64,000 nucleotides of DNA from Candidatus Versatilivorator sp. (GTDB lineage: Bacteria; Acidobacteriota; Terriglobia; Versatilivoradales; Versatilivoraceae). Of this stretch, positions 48,388-57,805 are shown piece by piece. Position numbers and translations under genes: made by a program. The notes under the pieces were generated by a model. It ran no database searches and had not been told where the DNA came from. It was given only the letters and a program-made list of their open reading frames with translations. Location: positions 4,032,001 through 4,096,000 of the forward strand of contig OZ242296.1 in the NCBI GenBank assembly GCA_965207735.1, given 5' to 3'. Each line of letters begins with the position of its first letter. The first letter of the stretch is position 1.

Positions 48388-49874
48388 GAGCCTTTTGCAA
48401 AATTCGGAATCGGGCATGACATTGGGCTGGCAACAGTGATGTTCCGGCGGTGACTACCCAGCTGCAAAGACCCTTTTGAAGGAAAAAGCCCGAATCTGAT
48501 GGCCGGATGGCCAGCGGTCGCCGGACGCAGGCACAGCTTACCCTCTCCCGGCCTTGAGGCGGGCGAACCTGCTGTGCGGTTGGGGGTGGCAACCCGGTCT
48601 TCAGAGCGTCAGGCGCATCAACTGATCCACCGTCAGGGCCAGAATGCCGAACATCAGGTGGCACCTCACCTTGTCGGGGCCGCGAACCCTCACCTGCCTC
48701 CCGCCAAACTCCTCCTTGAGCCGTCCGTTGACCCGCTCCACCGTCGAGCGTTCCCGGTAGCGCCGCGCCTCGGGAGTCACTTGGCCGATACAGCGCCGGG
48801 CCAGTGCCTCCCGCTTCCGCTCGGCTTTCAAGGTAGCTCTTCGGCGGGGGTTGACGTCAATAATCGGCACATGCCCCAGCTTCTCACTGAAGGCCCGGAT
48901 CTCCGGCGCATCGTAGGCGCTGTCCATCAAGTCGTAGAGACTCTCGACCCGCCTTGCCGTCAGCGTCGCCAGCGGAATGGCTGCCTGAGAGTCATGCACC
49001 GAGGCCGAGGTCAGCAGACAACTGACCGGAATCCCGCCGTCAATGGCGTCGAGGTGTAGCTTGTAGCCGGTCCAGCTCTCCTGATGCCCCTTGGCGTTGC
49101 GCTTGACGCCGATGTCGCAGGCCTTGGGCAACTCCTTCAACATTTCCTCCAGCGTCATCGACCCCTGCCGCTCCAGCCGGCTCAACCGCTTGGGCCGTCG
49201 CTCGCCCTTCGGCGGCCGGCCCCGCCGGCGTTTCCGCTTGGCCTCCGGCGCAGCCTTGGCCGCTGGCTTTTCCCGTCCCGCAATCGCCGTCGAGTCCCTC
49301 GACACATGCCCCGCCAAGTGGCCCTTCAGCGTCTCCTCCAGCAATGCCTCGTGCAAACGCCCCGGCAGGTCGCTCTCAGCGAATTCCGCAAAGGCCCGCG
49401 AGAAGGTCGACTCGCTCGGTACCTCCCACGCCCTCTCCCAGCCGCACAGCCGCCGCAGCCTCCCCTCACTCCTCAGCCGCTCCACCAATCCCCGCGTGGT
49501 CGCCACCTCCAGCATCGACTTCGCCAGATAGGCTCGCGCCAGCACTGCCCGATCCTCCAGCGGCCGGCCACGCCAGCCCCGACTGTAAGGCAGCAACTCC
49601 TCCACCCGCACCAACTCCAATACCTGCACCAGCCGCTGGTAACGCTCTCCCAGAGGCCCCAAAACTTCCTCCAGCAGGGGAAACAGCTCTCGTTGAAACC
49701 GGAACCAGTGTCGTGATAGGGTTTCCCTAAGGGGCAAGTTCCACCTCCGTTCATCATGTGGTTCAGACACCTTCATGATACAACAGACAGTGGTCTTGCC
49801 CCTCCTTCCACCTGCCCTCCTTGATCTTTCCCCACGTGAAAATTCCCGCTATCTGCGAATTTTGCAAAAGGCTC
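48388..49874 (-). mobile_element. IS5/IS1182-like insertion sequence, copy 3 (1487 bp, inverted)
   Basis: Same TIRs; 4-bp TSD AAAA. Confidence 0.93.
48601..49776 (-). CDS. DDE transposase, identical protein to copies 1 and 2
   Basis: Same 391-aa translation. Confidence 0.93.
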   Translation of the reverse strand: MKVSEPHDERRWNLPLRETLSRHWFRFQRELFPLLEEVLGPLGERYQRLVQVLELVRVEELLPYSRGWRGRPLEDRAVLARAYLAKSMLEVATTRGLVERLRSEGRLRRLCGWERAWEVPSESTFSRAFAEFAESDLPGRLHEALLEETLKGHLAGHVSRDSTAIAGREKPAAKAAPEAKRKRRRGRPPKGERRPKRLSRLERQGSMTLEEMLKELPKACDIGVKRNAKGHQESWTGYKLHLDAIDGGIPVSCLLTSASVHDSQAAIPLATLTARRVESLYDLMDSAYDAPEIRAFSEKLGHVPIIDVNPRRRATLKAERKREALARRCIGQVTPEARRYRERSTVERVNGRLKEEFGGRQVRVRGPDKVRCHLMFGILALTVDQLMRLTL

Positions 49875-50001
49875 AAAAGAAAAAGACATTTCCACGAAGG
49901 AACACGAAGACTCACGAAGCAAGACGCCGAAGGGAACCCGGAACTTCATGGCCTATCGGGAATAGGCCCATGTTCCGTTAAACCGGTTGGTTGCATGAGG
50001 G

Positions 50002-50235
50002 AACATGGATATACAGGATTAACAGGATAAAAGGAATGAAAAGCTGTTGCGCGGGAAGCGGACTGGCTCGATGAGCGGATGCTCGCTCGATGTGATTCAT
50101 GACAATGGGAGCGGGTTTTGGAATCCTTGTTGAAGTAAGGGTAACGGTCGAACTCGAGGGGGGAGAACGTCCGTCCCGGAGCATTCTGTCCAGACCCATC
50201 AACCAAGAATCCTGTATATCCTGTTCATCCATGTT
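50002..50235. repeat. Inverted trimer repeats enclosing about 180 bp of degenerate sequence
   Basis: AACATGGATATACAGGATTAACAGGAT (50002-50028) is inverted to ATCCTGTATATCCTGTTCATCCATGTT (50209-50235). Confidence 0.75.
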
Positions 50236-50464
50236 AATTACGCAGTTAAATCAGGGTTTCACTTATTCTCGACGCCGAGACAAAACGCCGGGAATTGTAG
50301 GGTGAAACTTTGTGTCCGTCGTGGAATACCCCTCAACCGGTTCCCCTTCACCCGATCCCAGGGGTTGTTTCAGGTAAGTGGATAGTTATTGGATCGACAC
50401 GTTTAGCATCTGAGACAAATTTGTCTCGCTCTCGTATCATCCACCCGGCAGGCTTGGGGGACTA

Positions 50465-51667
50465 ATGAAATCGCACACCCCGCTTCTCCGGCTTTTGCCT
50501 TTGCTGCTCCTCTTCTCGATCGTTCCAGCAGCCGGCGCCGGGGCTCAGGATGCAACCGGGGCCGCCTCCCCCATCCATATTTCCAAGGTCAGCTTCCTGA
50601 TCCATCCTGTCTGCTGGGACCTGGCCCTGGCGGAAGGGGGCCGCATGCGCCCCGAATTCCTCTACCAGTCCTTCACCTATCGTGGCGGCGCCTGGTACGA
50701 CAAGCAGGAATTCTACGAGATCCTGGAATGGGAGCGGCGGGTCAACCGAAAACAGAAGGAATACATCCGGGCCATGGGCCCTGACGAGGCACTGATCATC
50801 TACCCCATTGGAAACCGGCCGGCCATGCAGGCCCTGGAGAACGAGGGGCGGGAACGGCTGGGGCGCCGCTGCCTGATCATTCGCTCGGAGAGCCCCTCGG
50901 CCAACCAGAAGGTGGATTACCGGCAACTATTGCCGGACGCGGTGAAAATCGAGCTGCTGGACGACCTGTTGGAGGCCGTACGGCACAACAGCGACACCTG
51001 GAACGCCCAAGCGCTGGAAGTCATCTTCTACAACCGCATGATCGCGCTCGAAATCGAGCGGGGGTTCCGGGAGCGGCGGCTTCGGGTCGATCCCGACAGG
51101 GTCGAGGCCCTGGCCTTCGGCGAGGGATTCGAACAGTGCGCCACCACCTGGAAGGCCATGGTGGGCACCTACCTCGGCTGGTCCCGGCCCATTGAAATCG
51201 ACTACAACCTGTCGGTGAGCGGCATGCCGCTGCTACGCGGGGCAAAGTTCAAGGAGAGGGTGGCGGTGGGGGAGGAGGTCCGCATGTTCCTGTGGGAACT
51301 GGAGGACGGACGTCCCATGGCCTGGTTCGTGCGAACCCGGGGCAGCCTGGCCCAGGCCCAACTCTTCGTCAGCCTGCCCTTCGACCTGAAGGCCTTCAAG
51401 CTCTTCGACGAGTTCGGCACCCAGCTCTGGCCCGATCCCGTTCGCGAGACTCAGCACCTGGGAGGCGTCCACTGGTGGTGGATGGGATCGGCTAACGATT
51501 CTCCGCTCAGGATGGACTTCAAGGGACCGATGAGGGTGCCGGTCTCTGTGGGCCTTCGCCAGTTGCCCACCGACCGCAACATCTTCATCGTCTCCAACGG
51601 TATCCCCTTCGACGAATTTCGCCAGGCCCTGCTGAAAAGCGCCATCGGCTCGGCGCCCTCAAGGTAA
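50465..51667 (+). CDS. Secreted hypothetical protein
   Basis: 400-aa ORF with signal peptide and host-like codon usage; no family recognised. Confidence 0.7.
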   Translation: MKSHTPLLRLLPLLLLFSIVPAAGAGAQDATGAASPIHISKVSFLIHPVCWDLALAEGGRMRPEFLYQSFTYRGGAWYDKQEFYEILEWERRVNRKQKEYIRAMGPDEALIIYPIGNRPAMQALENEGRERLGRRCLIIRSESPSANQKVDYRQLLPDAVKIELLDDLLEAVRHNSDTWNAQALEVIFYNRMIALEIERGFRERRLRVDPDRVEALAFGEGFEQCATTWKAMVGTYLGWSRPIEIDYNLSVSGMPLLRGAKFKERVAVGEEVRMFLWELEDGRPMAWFVRTRGSLAQAQLFVSLPFDLKAFKLFDEFGTQLWPDPVRETQHLGGVHWWWMGSANDSPLRMDFKGPMRVPVSVGLRQLPTDRNIFIVSNGIPFDEFRQALLKSAIGSAPSR

Positions 51668-51675
51668 GATCCCAG

Positions 51676-54600
51676 CTAGAACTCATAGCGCAGGCCGAAC
51701 TGGATCACTCGCGGCGGAACCATGACCCGGGAGTAGTTGCCGAAGCTCCCGGGGAAGGTGAACGAGAGGGTTTCCCAAACGTCGGCATTGAACCGAACGC
51801 TGTTGGTCAAATTGAAGGCCTCGGCCCGAAACTGGAGGCTGTGATTCTCGAACGGCAATGCAAAGCGCTTTCCAATGGACATGTCGATCGAGAAGATCCC
51901 GTCGCCGCGCAGGTTGTTCCGCTGTCCGACCTCCCCGGGCAGGACTTGCCTGAACGAGGCCAGGGCCGCCTCCGGATCGCTGAAGACGTTGGGTCCGGAC
52001 CCCCCTCCGATCAACCTCGCGTTCTTGGCGTTGGTCTGTGCCGGCGCCGGCCCGTCGGTTTCGGCAAAGTGCTGGTAGCAGTAGCAGGTCGGCCAGGCCA
52101 GACCGTTCAGCACGCTGAGGGGAAGGCCCGAGGTCAAGCGCATCAGGCCGCTGAGCTGCCAGCCTCCAAGCACCGCCTGGCCCGCACCTCCCATATCCGG
52201 AAGGATCGGCTTCCCGGTTCCGATCGGCAACTCCGCCACCCAGTTGGCGTTCCACTGGTGGCGCATGTCGAAATCTGAAACGGACCGCTGGGCTTCCCGG
52301 TCCCAGGAATTGATGACGCTGAAGGCGGACCAGTAGGTGTCTCCCGGAATCTGGCCGAACCGTTCTCCCTGGCTGCGGCGAGCGGCGACCGACACCAGGT
52401 CGGTGGACTTGGAAAGGGTATAGTTCAGGTCGAACTGGTACCCTTGGGAGAAAGCCTTCCGCAGGGACACCTGCATCGAGTGGTAGGTCGAGGTTCCGAA
52501 AGACCGGAGCGCATCGAAGGCCCAGAACTGCGGATTCATGGACACCCCCGGCCCCATGTCGCTGCAAAACGGGATGCAGGCGTAGTCGAGGTAATAGAGA
52601 GCCGTGCCCGTGTCGGGACTGGCGGACCGGATAACATCGTAGACACGCTGAGTCGCGGTTGCGTCCGGCGTGGCAGCTCCGGCATAGAGGTTCTCCCAGA
52701 ACGTGATCGGCTGCACGGACTCGGTCGGGACTCCGCGGTGCGCCATGCGTTCCATTGCCTGAAGCGCATCCATCAAATACTGGCCGGACGCCGGATCCTT
52801 GAAGTTGGTGTACTGGGCCGAGGCGGTGTCGTTGACCAGCAGCCTGCGGCCGAGTCGGCCCACATAGCCGATGTCCACCAGGAATCCCCCGCCAAACTCA
52901 CGGGCCAAAGAAAAGGTGGGGTTGATGCTGTAGGGCGGCTGCAGGCTGGAGTCGACTCCCTGGCTCCATCCCAGTCCGGTCGGGTTGGGTGTGCCAGGGC
53001 CACCCGGTGGAGGAGGCAGGATCCCTGCCGCGGGCAGGGTCGATAGCCCGGTGAAGCGAGGAGCATCGGCGACTCTGGCGATCTGGTTGGTCACCTTGCT
53101 GGTGAGCCCGAAGGCATTGCGGTCCAGCATCTGCATCATTCCCATCCCGAAGCTGTTGTAGAAGAGGCCCGCCCCTGCCCGGATCGAGGTTTTTCCCGGG
53201 CCGCCGAGCAGCTTGCCCAGAACTCCGTCGCTGGACCCCGGCGAGTAGGCGATGGCCAGCCGTGGCGAGAAATTCTTGGCATGGGTCGCCCACAGGGGAC
53301 CGCCCTGGGCGTCGTCCACTCCCACGAAGCCGATGGAGCCCGCTTCGCGCGTGGGACGACCGTTCGCCGCCAGGTCCAGACGCTGCCCGATGTACTGGTC
53401 GAGACCCGGCGTGATGCTGACCTGGATCCCATTCACCTCCCTGACCGGCGGCATCAGCGACCAGCGCAGGCCGGCCGTGATGGCCAGGCCCGGCCGGACG
53501 CGCCAGGTGTCCTGGAAGTAAAGCTCCAGCTGTTCCACTCCGAAAGTCCGGTTGACGGGGTCACCCAGAGGCAGCGGATTGCCGTCCAGATCGTAGTTGT
53601 AATTGGCGTCGAAGAAGTTGAGAACCCCGAGGGCGGTCGCCATGGTCTCCCGGTAGACTCCGGGGTTGGCGGCCGCTGCCGAGAGTGGGCCGTCGAATAA
53701 CGCCGGGCCGTCGGCTAAAGCCCAGGCGGCCTGCTTGGCGAAGTGAAAGCTGTTGCCGTAACTCAAACGACGGTTGCGATTGGAGAAGAATGCCCCTCCG
53801 AACTGCAGGGAGTGGGCACCACTAATCACCGAGAAGTCCGCCGACAGGGTCTGAGTCGGCAGTTCGACGTCCCGGGGGGTCGTCGCACCCTCGATATCGT
53901 CGATGATGCTATCCCCAAGACTTGCCCTGGATTCCGTCTGCACACCCGAAAAGTTCAACTTCTGGCTAGTCAATCCGTAGCGAAACGTGCCTACGAGGTT
54001 GCCGGCGAACAAGCCGTTGTACCCCAATGCCATACCGCGGCTGGTGTCGGCGGTCTCCGTGTTCGGGGGCTGCCCGGGAAACTGGGGAACGCTTCCGATG
54101 CTGTCGTTCTGGTAGTTGAGACGCAGGAACATGCTGTGCGAACCCTGCTGATCCAAATTCCAGTCCGTCTTCGAGATGAAGGTGTTCCAGCTCAGGGGTG
54201 TCGGAGCCGTGAACCGGTATCCCGCCGTGTTGAGACCGTCTCCGACAGTGGAGTCGTTCGGTTCCGGAAAGGATCTGAAGTATTCGAGCGTGGCGGGACT
54301 GGGACCGGTCCCGAGCGGATCGATCCGGGTGCGGATGAATGCCGGATCGAGTGTCTGTACCACCCCGTCAACGCTTCTGTACCGAACGAACCCATCGCGC
54401 ATGGAAGCCGTCGGAACCCGGCGCACCGCGCTGCCGTCGCTGGCGTCCCGCCGCCCTTCGTAGTTGAGGAAGTAGAAGACGCGGTCCTTCTTGACGGGAC
54501 CGCCGACAGAACCTCCGAACACGTTCCGGATGAGCTTGGGGCGATCCACGCCGGCCCTGTTGTTGAAGAAATCATTGGCGGCGGTGATGGTGTTGCGGTG

Positions 54601-55389
54601 GTATTCGTAGAGCGACCCGTGGACTTCGTTGGTGCCGCTCTTGGTCACCAGCGACACTTGCGCACCCGATGAACGGCCCTGGTTGGCATTGGCCGTGGTG
54701 GTCACCACCCGGAATTCCTGAATCGAATCCAGCGTGTTGCGAAGGACGCTGGTGAAGGGCAAGCGTCCGTTCTGATCGTTCACGTCGACCCCGTCGAGGG
54801 TGACGTTCGACTGGTCGCTCTGAGCTCCGTTCACGGTGCCGTTCCGGATGTCACCCGACAACTTGGAGTCCAGCGGGTCGGCGGTAAGGAAGGTGACGCC
54901 CGCCTGCAGCGAGAGCAGCCCGGCCGGATTTCGCGCGTTCAGAGGCAGTTGTCTGATCGGCTTGGTTCCAAAGGCGTTCCCCACCGAAGCGTCGGTGGTA
55001 TTCAGCTGTGGAGCCGAAGCAGCCACCGTGATGGACTTGGTGAGCGTGGCTACGGTGTCGAACACCACCGGAAGCTCGAGGTTGGTGTTGACCAGCAAGG
55101 TGATGCCTTCAATGGTGACCGAATTGAAGCCCGGCTGGGTCGCCGACAGGGTGTAGGCACCGGGAGGGAGCTGGGCAAAGACGAACAGACCCTCTTCGTT
55201 GGACAGCACGGTTCGCTGGAGGTTGTTGTCCTGGTTGATCACGGTGACCTCGGCATCGGGCAGGATGCCGCCGGTCTCATCGGTGACCACTCCACTCAAG
55301 CTGCTCGATTGAGCCTGCGCCTCGGGAGCGAACAGGGCGATGGCCACCAGCAAGGTCAGAAACGGAATGCAAGTACGAGCTAGTTTCAT
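51676..55389 (-). CDS. TonB-dependent receptor (Oar-like, N-terminal carboxypeptidase-regulatory-like domain)
   Basis: SGVVTDETG, LPLNARN, LDGVD, IQEFRV, TKSGTN..HGS, C-terminal PRVIQFGLRYEF. Confidence 0.92.
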   Translation of the reverse strand: MKLARTCIPFLTLLVAIALFAPEAQAQSSSLSGVVTDETGGILPDAEVTVINQDNNLQRTVLSNEEGLFVFAQLPPGAYTLSATQPGFNSVTIEGITLLVNTNLELPVVFDTVATLTKSITVAASAPQLNTTDASVGNAFGTKPIRQLPLNARNPAGLLSLQAGVTFLTADPLDSKLSGDIRNGTVNGAQSDQSNVTLDGVDVNDQNGRLPFTSVLRNTLDSIQEFRVVTTTANANQGRSSGAQVSLVTKSGTNEVHGSLYEYHRNTITAANDFFNNRAGVDRPKLIRNVFGGSVGGPVKKDRVFYFLNYEGRRDASDGSAVRRVPTASMRDGFVRYRSVDGVVQTLDPAFIRTRIDPLGTGPSPATLEYFRSFPEPNDSTVGDGLNTAGYRFTAPTPLSWNTFISKTDWNLDQQGSHSMFLRLNYQNDSIGSVPQFPGQPPNTETADTSRGMALGYNGLFAGNLVGTFRYGLTSQKLNFSGVQTESRASLGDSIIDDIEGATTPRDVELPTQTLSADFSVISGAHSLQFGGAFFSNRNRRLSYGNSFHFAKQAAWALADGPALFDGPLSAAAANPGVYRETMATALGVLNFFDANYNYDLDGNPLPLGDPVNRTFGVEQLELYFQDTWRVRPGLAITAGLRWSLMPPVREVNGIQVSITPGLDQYIGQRLDLAANGRPTREAGSIGFVGVDDAQGGPLWATHAKNFSPRLAIAYSPGSSDGVLGKLLGGPGKTSIRAGAGLFYNSFGMGMMQMLDRNAFGLTSKVTNQIARVADAPRFTGLSTLPAAGILPPPPGGPGTPNPTGLGWSQGVDSSLQPPYSINPTFSLAREFGGGFLVDIGYVGRLGRRLLVNDTASAQYTNFKDPASGQYLMDALQAMERMAHRGVPTESVQPITFWENLYAGAATPDATATQRVYDVIRSASPDTGTALYYLDYACIPFCSDMGPGVSMNPQFWAFDALRSFGTSTYHSMQVSLRKAFSQGYQFDLNYTLSKSTDLVSVAARRSQGERFGQIPGDTYWSAFSVINSWDREAQRSVSDFDMRHQWNANWVAELPIGTGKPILPDMGGAGQAVLGGWQLSGLMRLTSGLPLSVLNGLAWPTCYCYQHFAETDGPAPAQTNAKNARLIGGGSGPNVFSDPEAALASFRQVLPGEVGQRNNLRGDGIFSIDMSIGKRFALPFENHSLQFRAEAFNLTNSVRFNADVWETLSFTFPGSFGNYSRVMVPPRVIQFGLRYEF

Positions 55390-55876
55390 TGTTGGAATCC
55401 TCTCCAGCAGAATCCGGGGCTGGATCTCTCACCGTGGGCAGGCAGCATGGGTTCTCGAAACGGGATGCAATACTCGTGTGAACAAAGTTTGCCGGGTTTC
55501 AAGAGGAGAACTGACTCCCGCATTCTACCAAAATTGAAAGGAAAATCAGGCTAATAGCTCCCTGTCCGAAAATTGATGCCTTAACTATACGGTAATCCCA
55601 CCTCTTGCTGAAATAAAACACCGTTCCCTTGTCTCGAAAACGGCTGCGACCGGCAACCCTCCAAGCCACCAGTAACTCACTTTCTGTGTGAATTCCATCC
55701 CGAGACCGGCGAATCGTCTTCAACAGAATTCACCTATCCTCTCCTCCCGCAAGAACTCTCCCCAACCTGATCGAGGATCGAGCCGGAAACGGGATCCCCC
55801 ATCTGAATTACCGGACACTCTGGTTCCGGAGCAAGGCCGGTGATAGAATTTGCAGACCGGTTGCAGGAGTCATCCC

Positions 55877-57805
55877 ATGTGCTCAGGAACAGGGTTCGAT
55901 CCGGCATGGATCATTGCCTTCCGAATCGCCCTCCTCTCCTTTCTCGTCGTTCCAATCGGCAACATCCACGCCCAGAACCCCAAGAGCGCCTCCTCACCGG
56001 AACCACAAGTGCTATCCGTCTATCCTTTGGGTGCCCGGCCCGGCGACAGCCTGCTGGTGGAAGTATCGGGACATGATCTCGACGGCTGTTACGCCCTCTG
56101 GGTCAGCGCCGGGGGCCTGTCGGGGAAAATCCGGGGAATCGCCTCTGTCGAAGCCGAAGAGCCAAAAGACTATGCTGTCGGGTCGGAGCCGGAACGCCCC
56201 AGACAAAGGGTGTCAATCCAACTGGAAGTGGATGCCGAAGCCGTACCGGGCGAGCGCCAGGTTCGACTGGTGACGCCGAGCGGGGTAACCAACAGCCTGC
56301 GCTTTCTGGTCACGCCTTTTCCGGCAATCCGGGAGGAGGAGCCCCCCGAGCTGCTGCAACTTCCGGTAGCAGTCAACGGCAGAATCGGGCAGGGCGGCGA
56401 GGAAGACACCTACGCTTTCGAAGCCTCGGAGGGGCAGACAGGTCTCTTCGAGGTGCTCTACGACCCCGGCCCTCCGAGAATTCCCGGCCGGCCCGTTCGC
56501 AAGACCCTCGATCCCGAGTTGACGCTCTACGCCTCCGGCGGAAGCTGGTTCGACCCCCTCCGGCCGGTCCGCCTGGCCTTCAACGACGAACCGCTCTCGC
56601 CGCGCCGCAGCAAGGCCCCCAGGCTGGTCTACAACTTCGCAGCCTCCGGCCGCTACTTCATCAAGGTAGGATCCTTCAAGGGACTGGGGGACCCCGACTT
56701 CTGCTATCAGCTGCTTCTGACCCTTCTTGAAGAGGGGGATGCCCTGCCCGCCCCGGCAGAACGCGCGCTTCCCGAACATTCCAGCCCGGAGACGCAATGG
56801 AAAGAGCGGGATTTCGAGCGGATTCTGGGACAGACACACCTGCTGCGCCTTCGATCCAGAACCCTTGAGCCCCCGCAAGCTCCCTCGGCCGATCGGGACG
56901 GGGAGGGCGAAACGCCGGCCGCAAACGGATCCGCCGCGGGCCATCCACCTGCCCCTGCCCCCGACTCGGACCGGCTTCCGGACCCCGTGGGGGAAGGCCC
57001 CTCCAACAACTCCTTCGAGCAGGCGGTGGAAGTCGGCCTGCCGGCCCTGGTGGAAGGAGCCATCGAGCACCCGGGGGACGTGGACACCTTCAAGATTCAG
57101 GTCGGTACCGGCGACCGCCTGGCCTTTGAAATCGAGACACCCGAATCCAGAACGCCGCAGTTCAATCCCCGCCTGGGCGTTTTCGACAGCGACGGCAGGG
57201 AGTTCCTGACCAACGTCTACAAGAGAATCAGCCGCAACGGCCAGTTCTATTTGAAGACGGTGGAGCCCAAGACCCTCTACACCTTCAGGTTGGGCGGGGA
57301 ACACTACCTGCAGATCCGGGACGTGACCTCCCGCTACGGAGATCCCGGTTTTCGCTATCGCCTGCTGATTCGCCCTCAAATCCCCCACGTCGGCGACATC
57401 CAGGTGCTGGAGGACCGGCTCAACCTGAAGCCGGGCCAAGCCCGCAAATTGACGGTAACCACGGCTCAGGAGGAAGGGTTCGAGCACGACATCGCCATCA
57501 CCCTGGAAGGGCTGCCGGAGGGGGTGCGACTCCTGCCCGGCACCCAGGTGGAACCCGACAAGGGACCCCCGCTCGATGAGGGCGAGAAGGACCGGTTCGT
57601 TCCCAAGACCGAAAAAGCCATCCTCATGCTGCTGGCCGAAGCAACGACCCCGGCAACCTCGATGCCCAGGTCGGTGCAGGTCTCGGCTCGAGTGGTGGTC
57701 GGTGGAAAAGTCGGACCCCGGCTGGCGGTGAAGCGGATTCCGGTGATGGTTACCGCGGCGACCCGCAAGATGTCCAGCCTTGACACAGGAGGAGGGCCGC
57801 AGTGA
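55877..57805 (+). CDS. PPC (pre-peptidase C-terminal)-like domain protein associated with DUF1549 clusters
   Basis: SVYPLGARPG, VNGRIG..GEEDTYAF and VEGAIE.PGDVDTFKI repeats; AGGAG RBS; start uncertain. Confidence 0.75.
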   Translation: MCSGTGFDPAWIIAFRIALLSFLVVPIGNIHAQNPKSASSPEPQVLSVYPLGARPGDSLLVEVSGHDLDGCYALWVSAGGLSGKIRGIASVEAEEPKDYAVGSEPERPRQRVSIQLEVDAEAVPGERQVRLVTPSGVTNSLRFLVTPFPAIREEEPPELLQLPVAVNGRIGQGGEEDTYAFEASEGQTGLFEVLYDPGPPRIPGRPVRKTLDPELTLYASGGSWFDPLRPVRLAFNDEPLSPRRSKAPRLVYNFAASGRYFIKVGSFKGLGDPDFCYQLLLTLLEEGDALPAPAERALPEHSSPETQWKERDFERILGQTHLLRLRSRTLEPPQAPSADRDGEGETPAANGSAAGHPPAPAPDSDRLPDPVGEGPSNNSFEQAVEVGLPALVEGAIEHPGDVDTFKIQVGTGDRLAFEIETPESRTPQFNPRLGVFDSDGREFLTNVYKRISRNGQFYLKTVEPKTLYTFRLGGEHYLQIRDVTSRYGDPGFRYRLLIRPQIPHVGDIQVLEDRLNLKPGQARKLTVTTAQEEGFEHDIAITLEGLPEGVRLLPGTQVEPDKGPPLDEGEKDRFVPKTEKAILMLLAEATTPATSMPRSVQVSARVVVGGKVGPRLAVKRIPVMVTAATRKMSSLDTGGGPQ

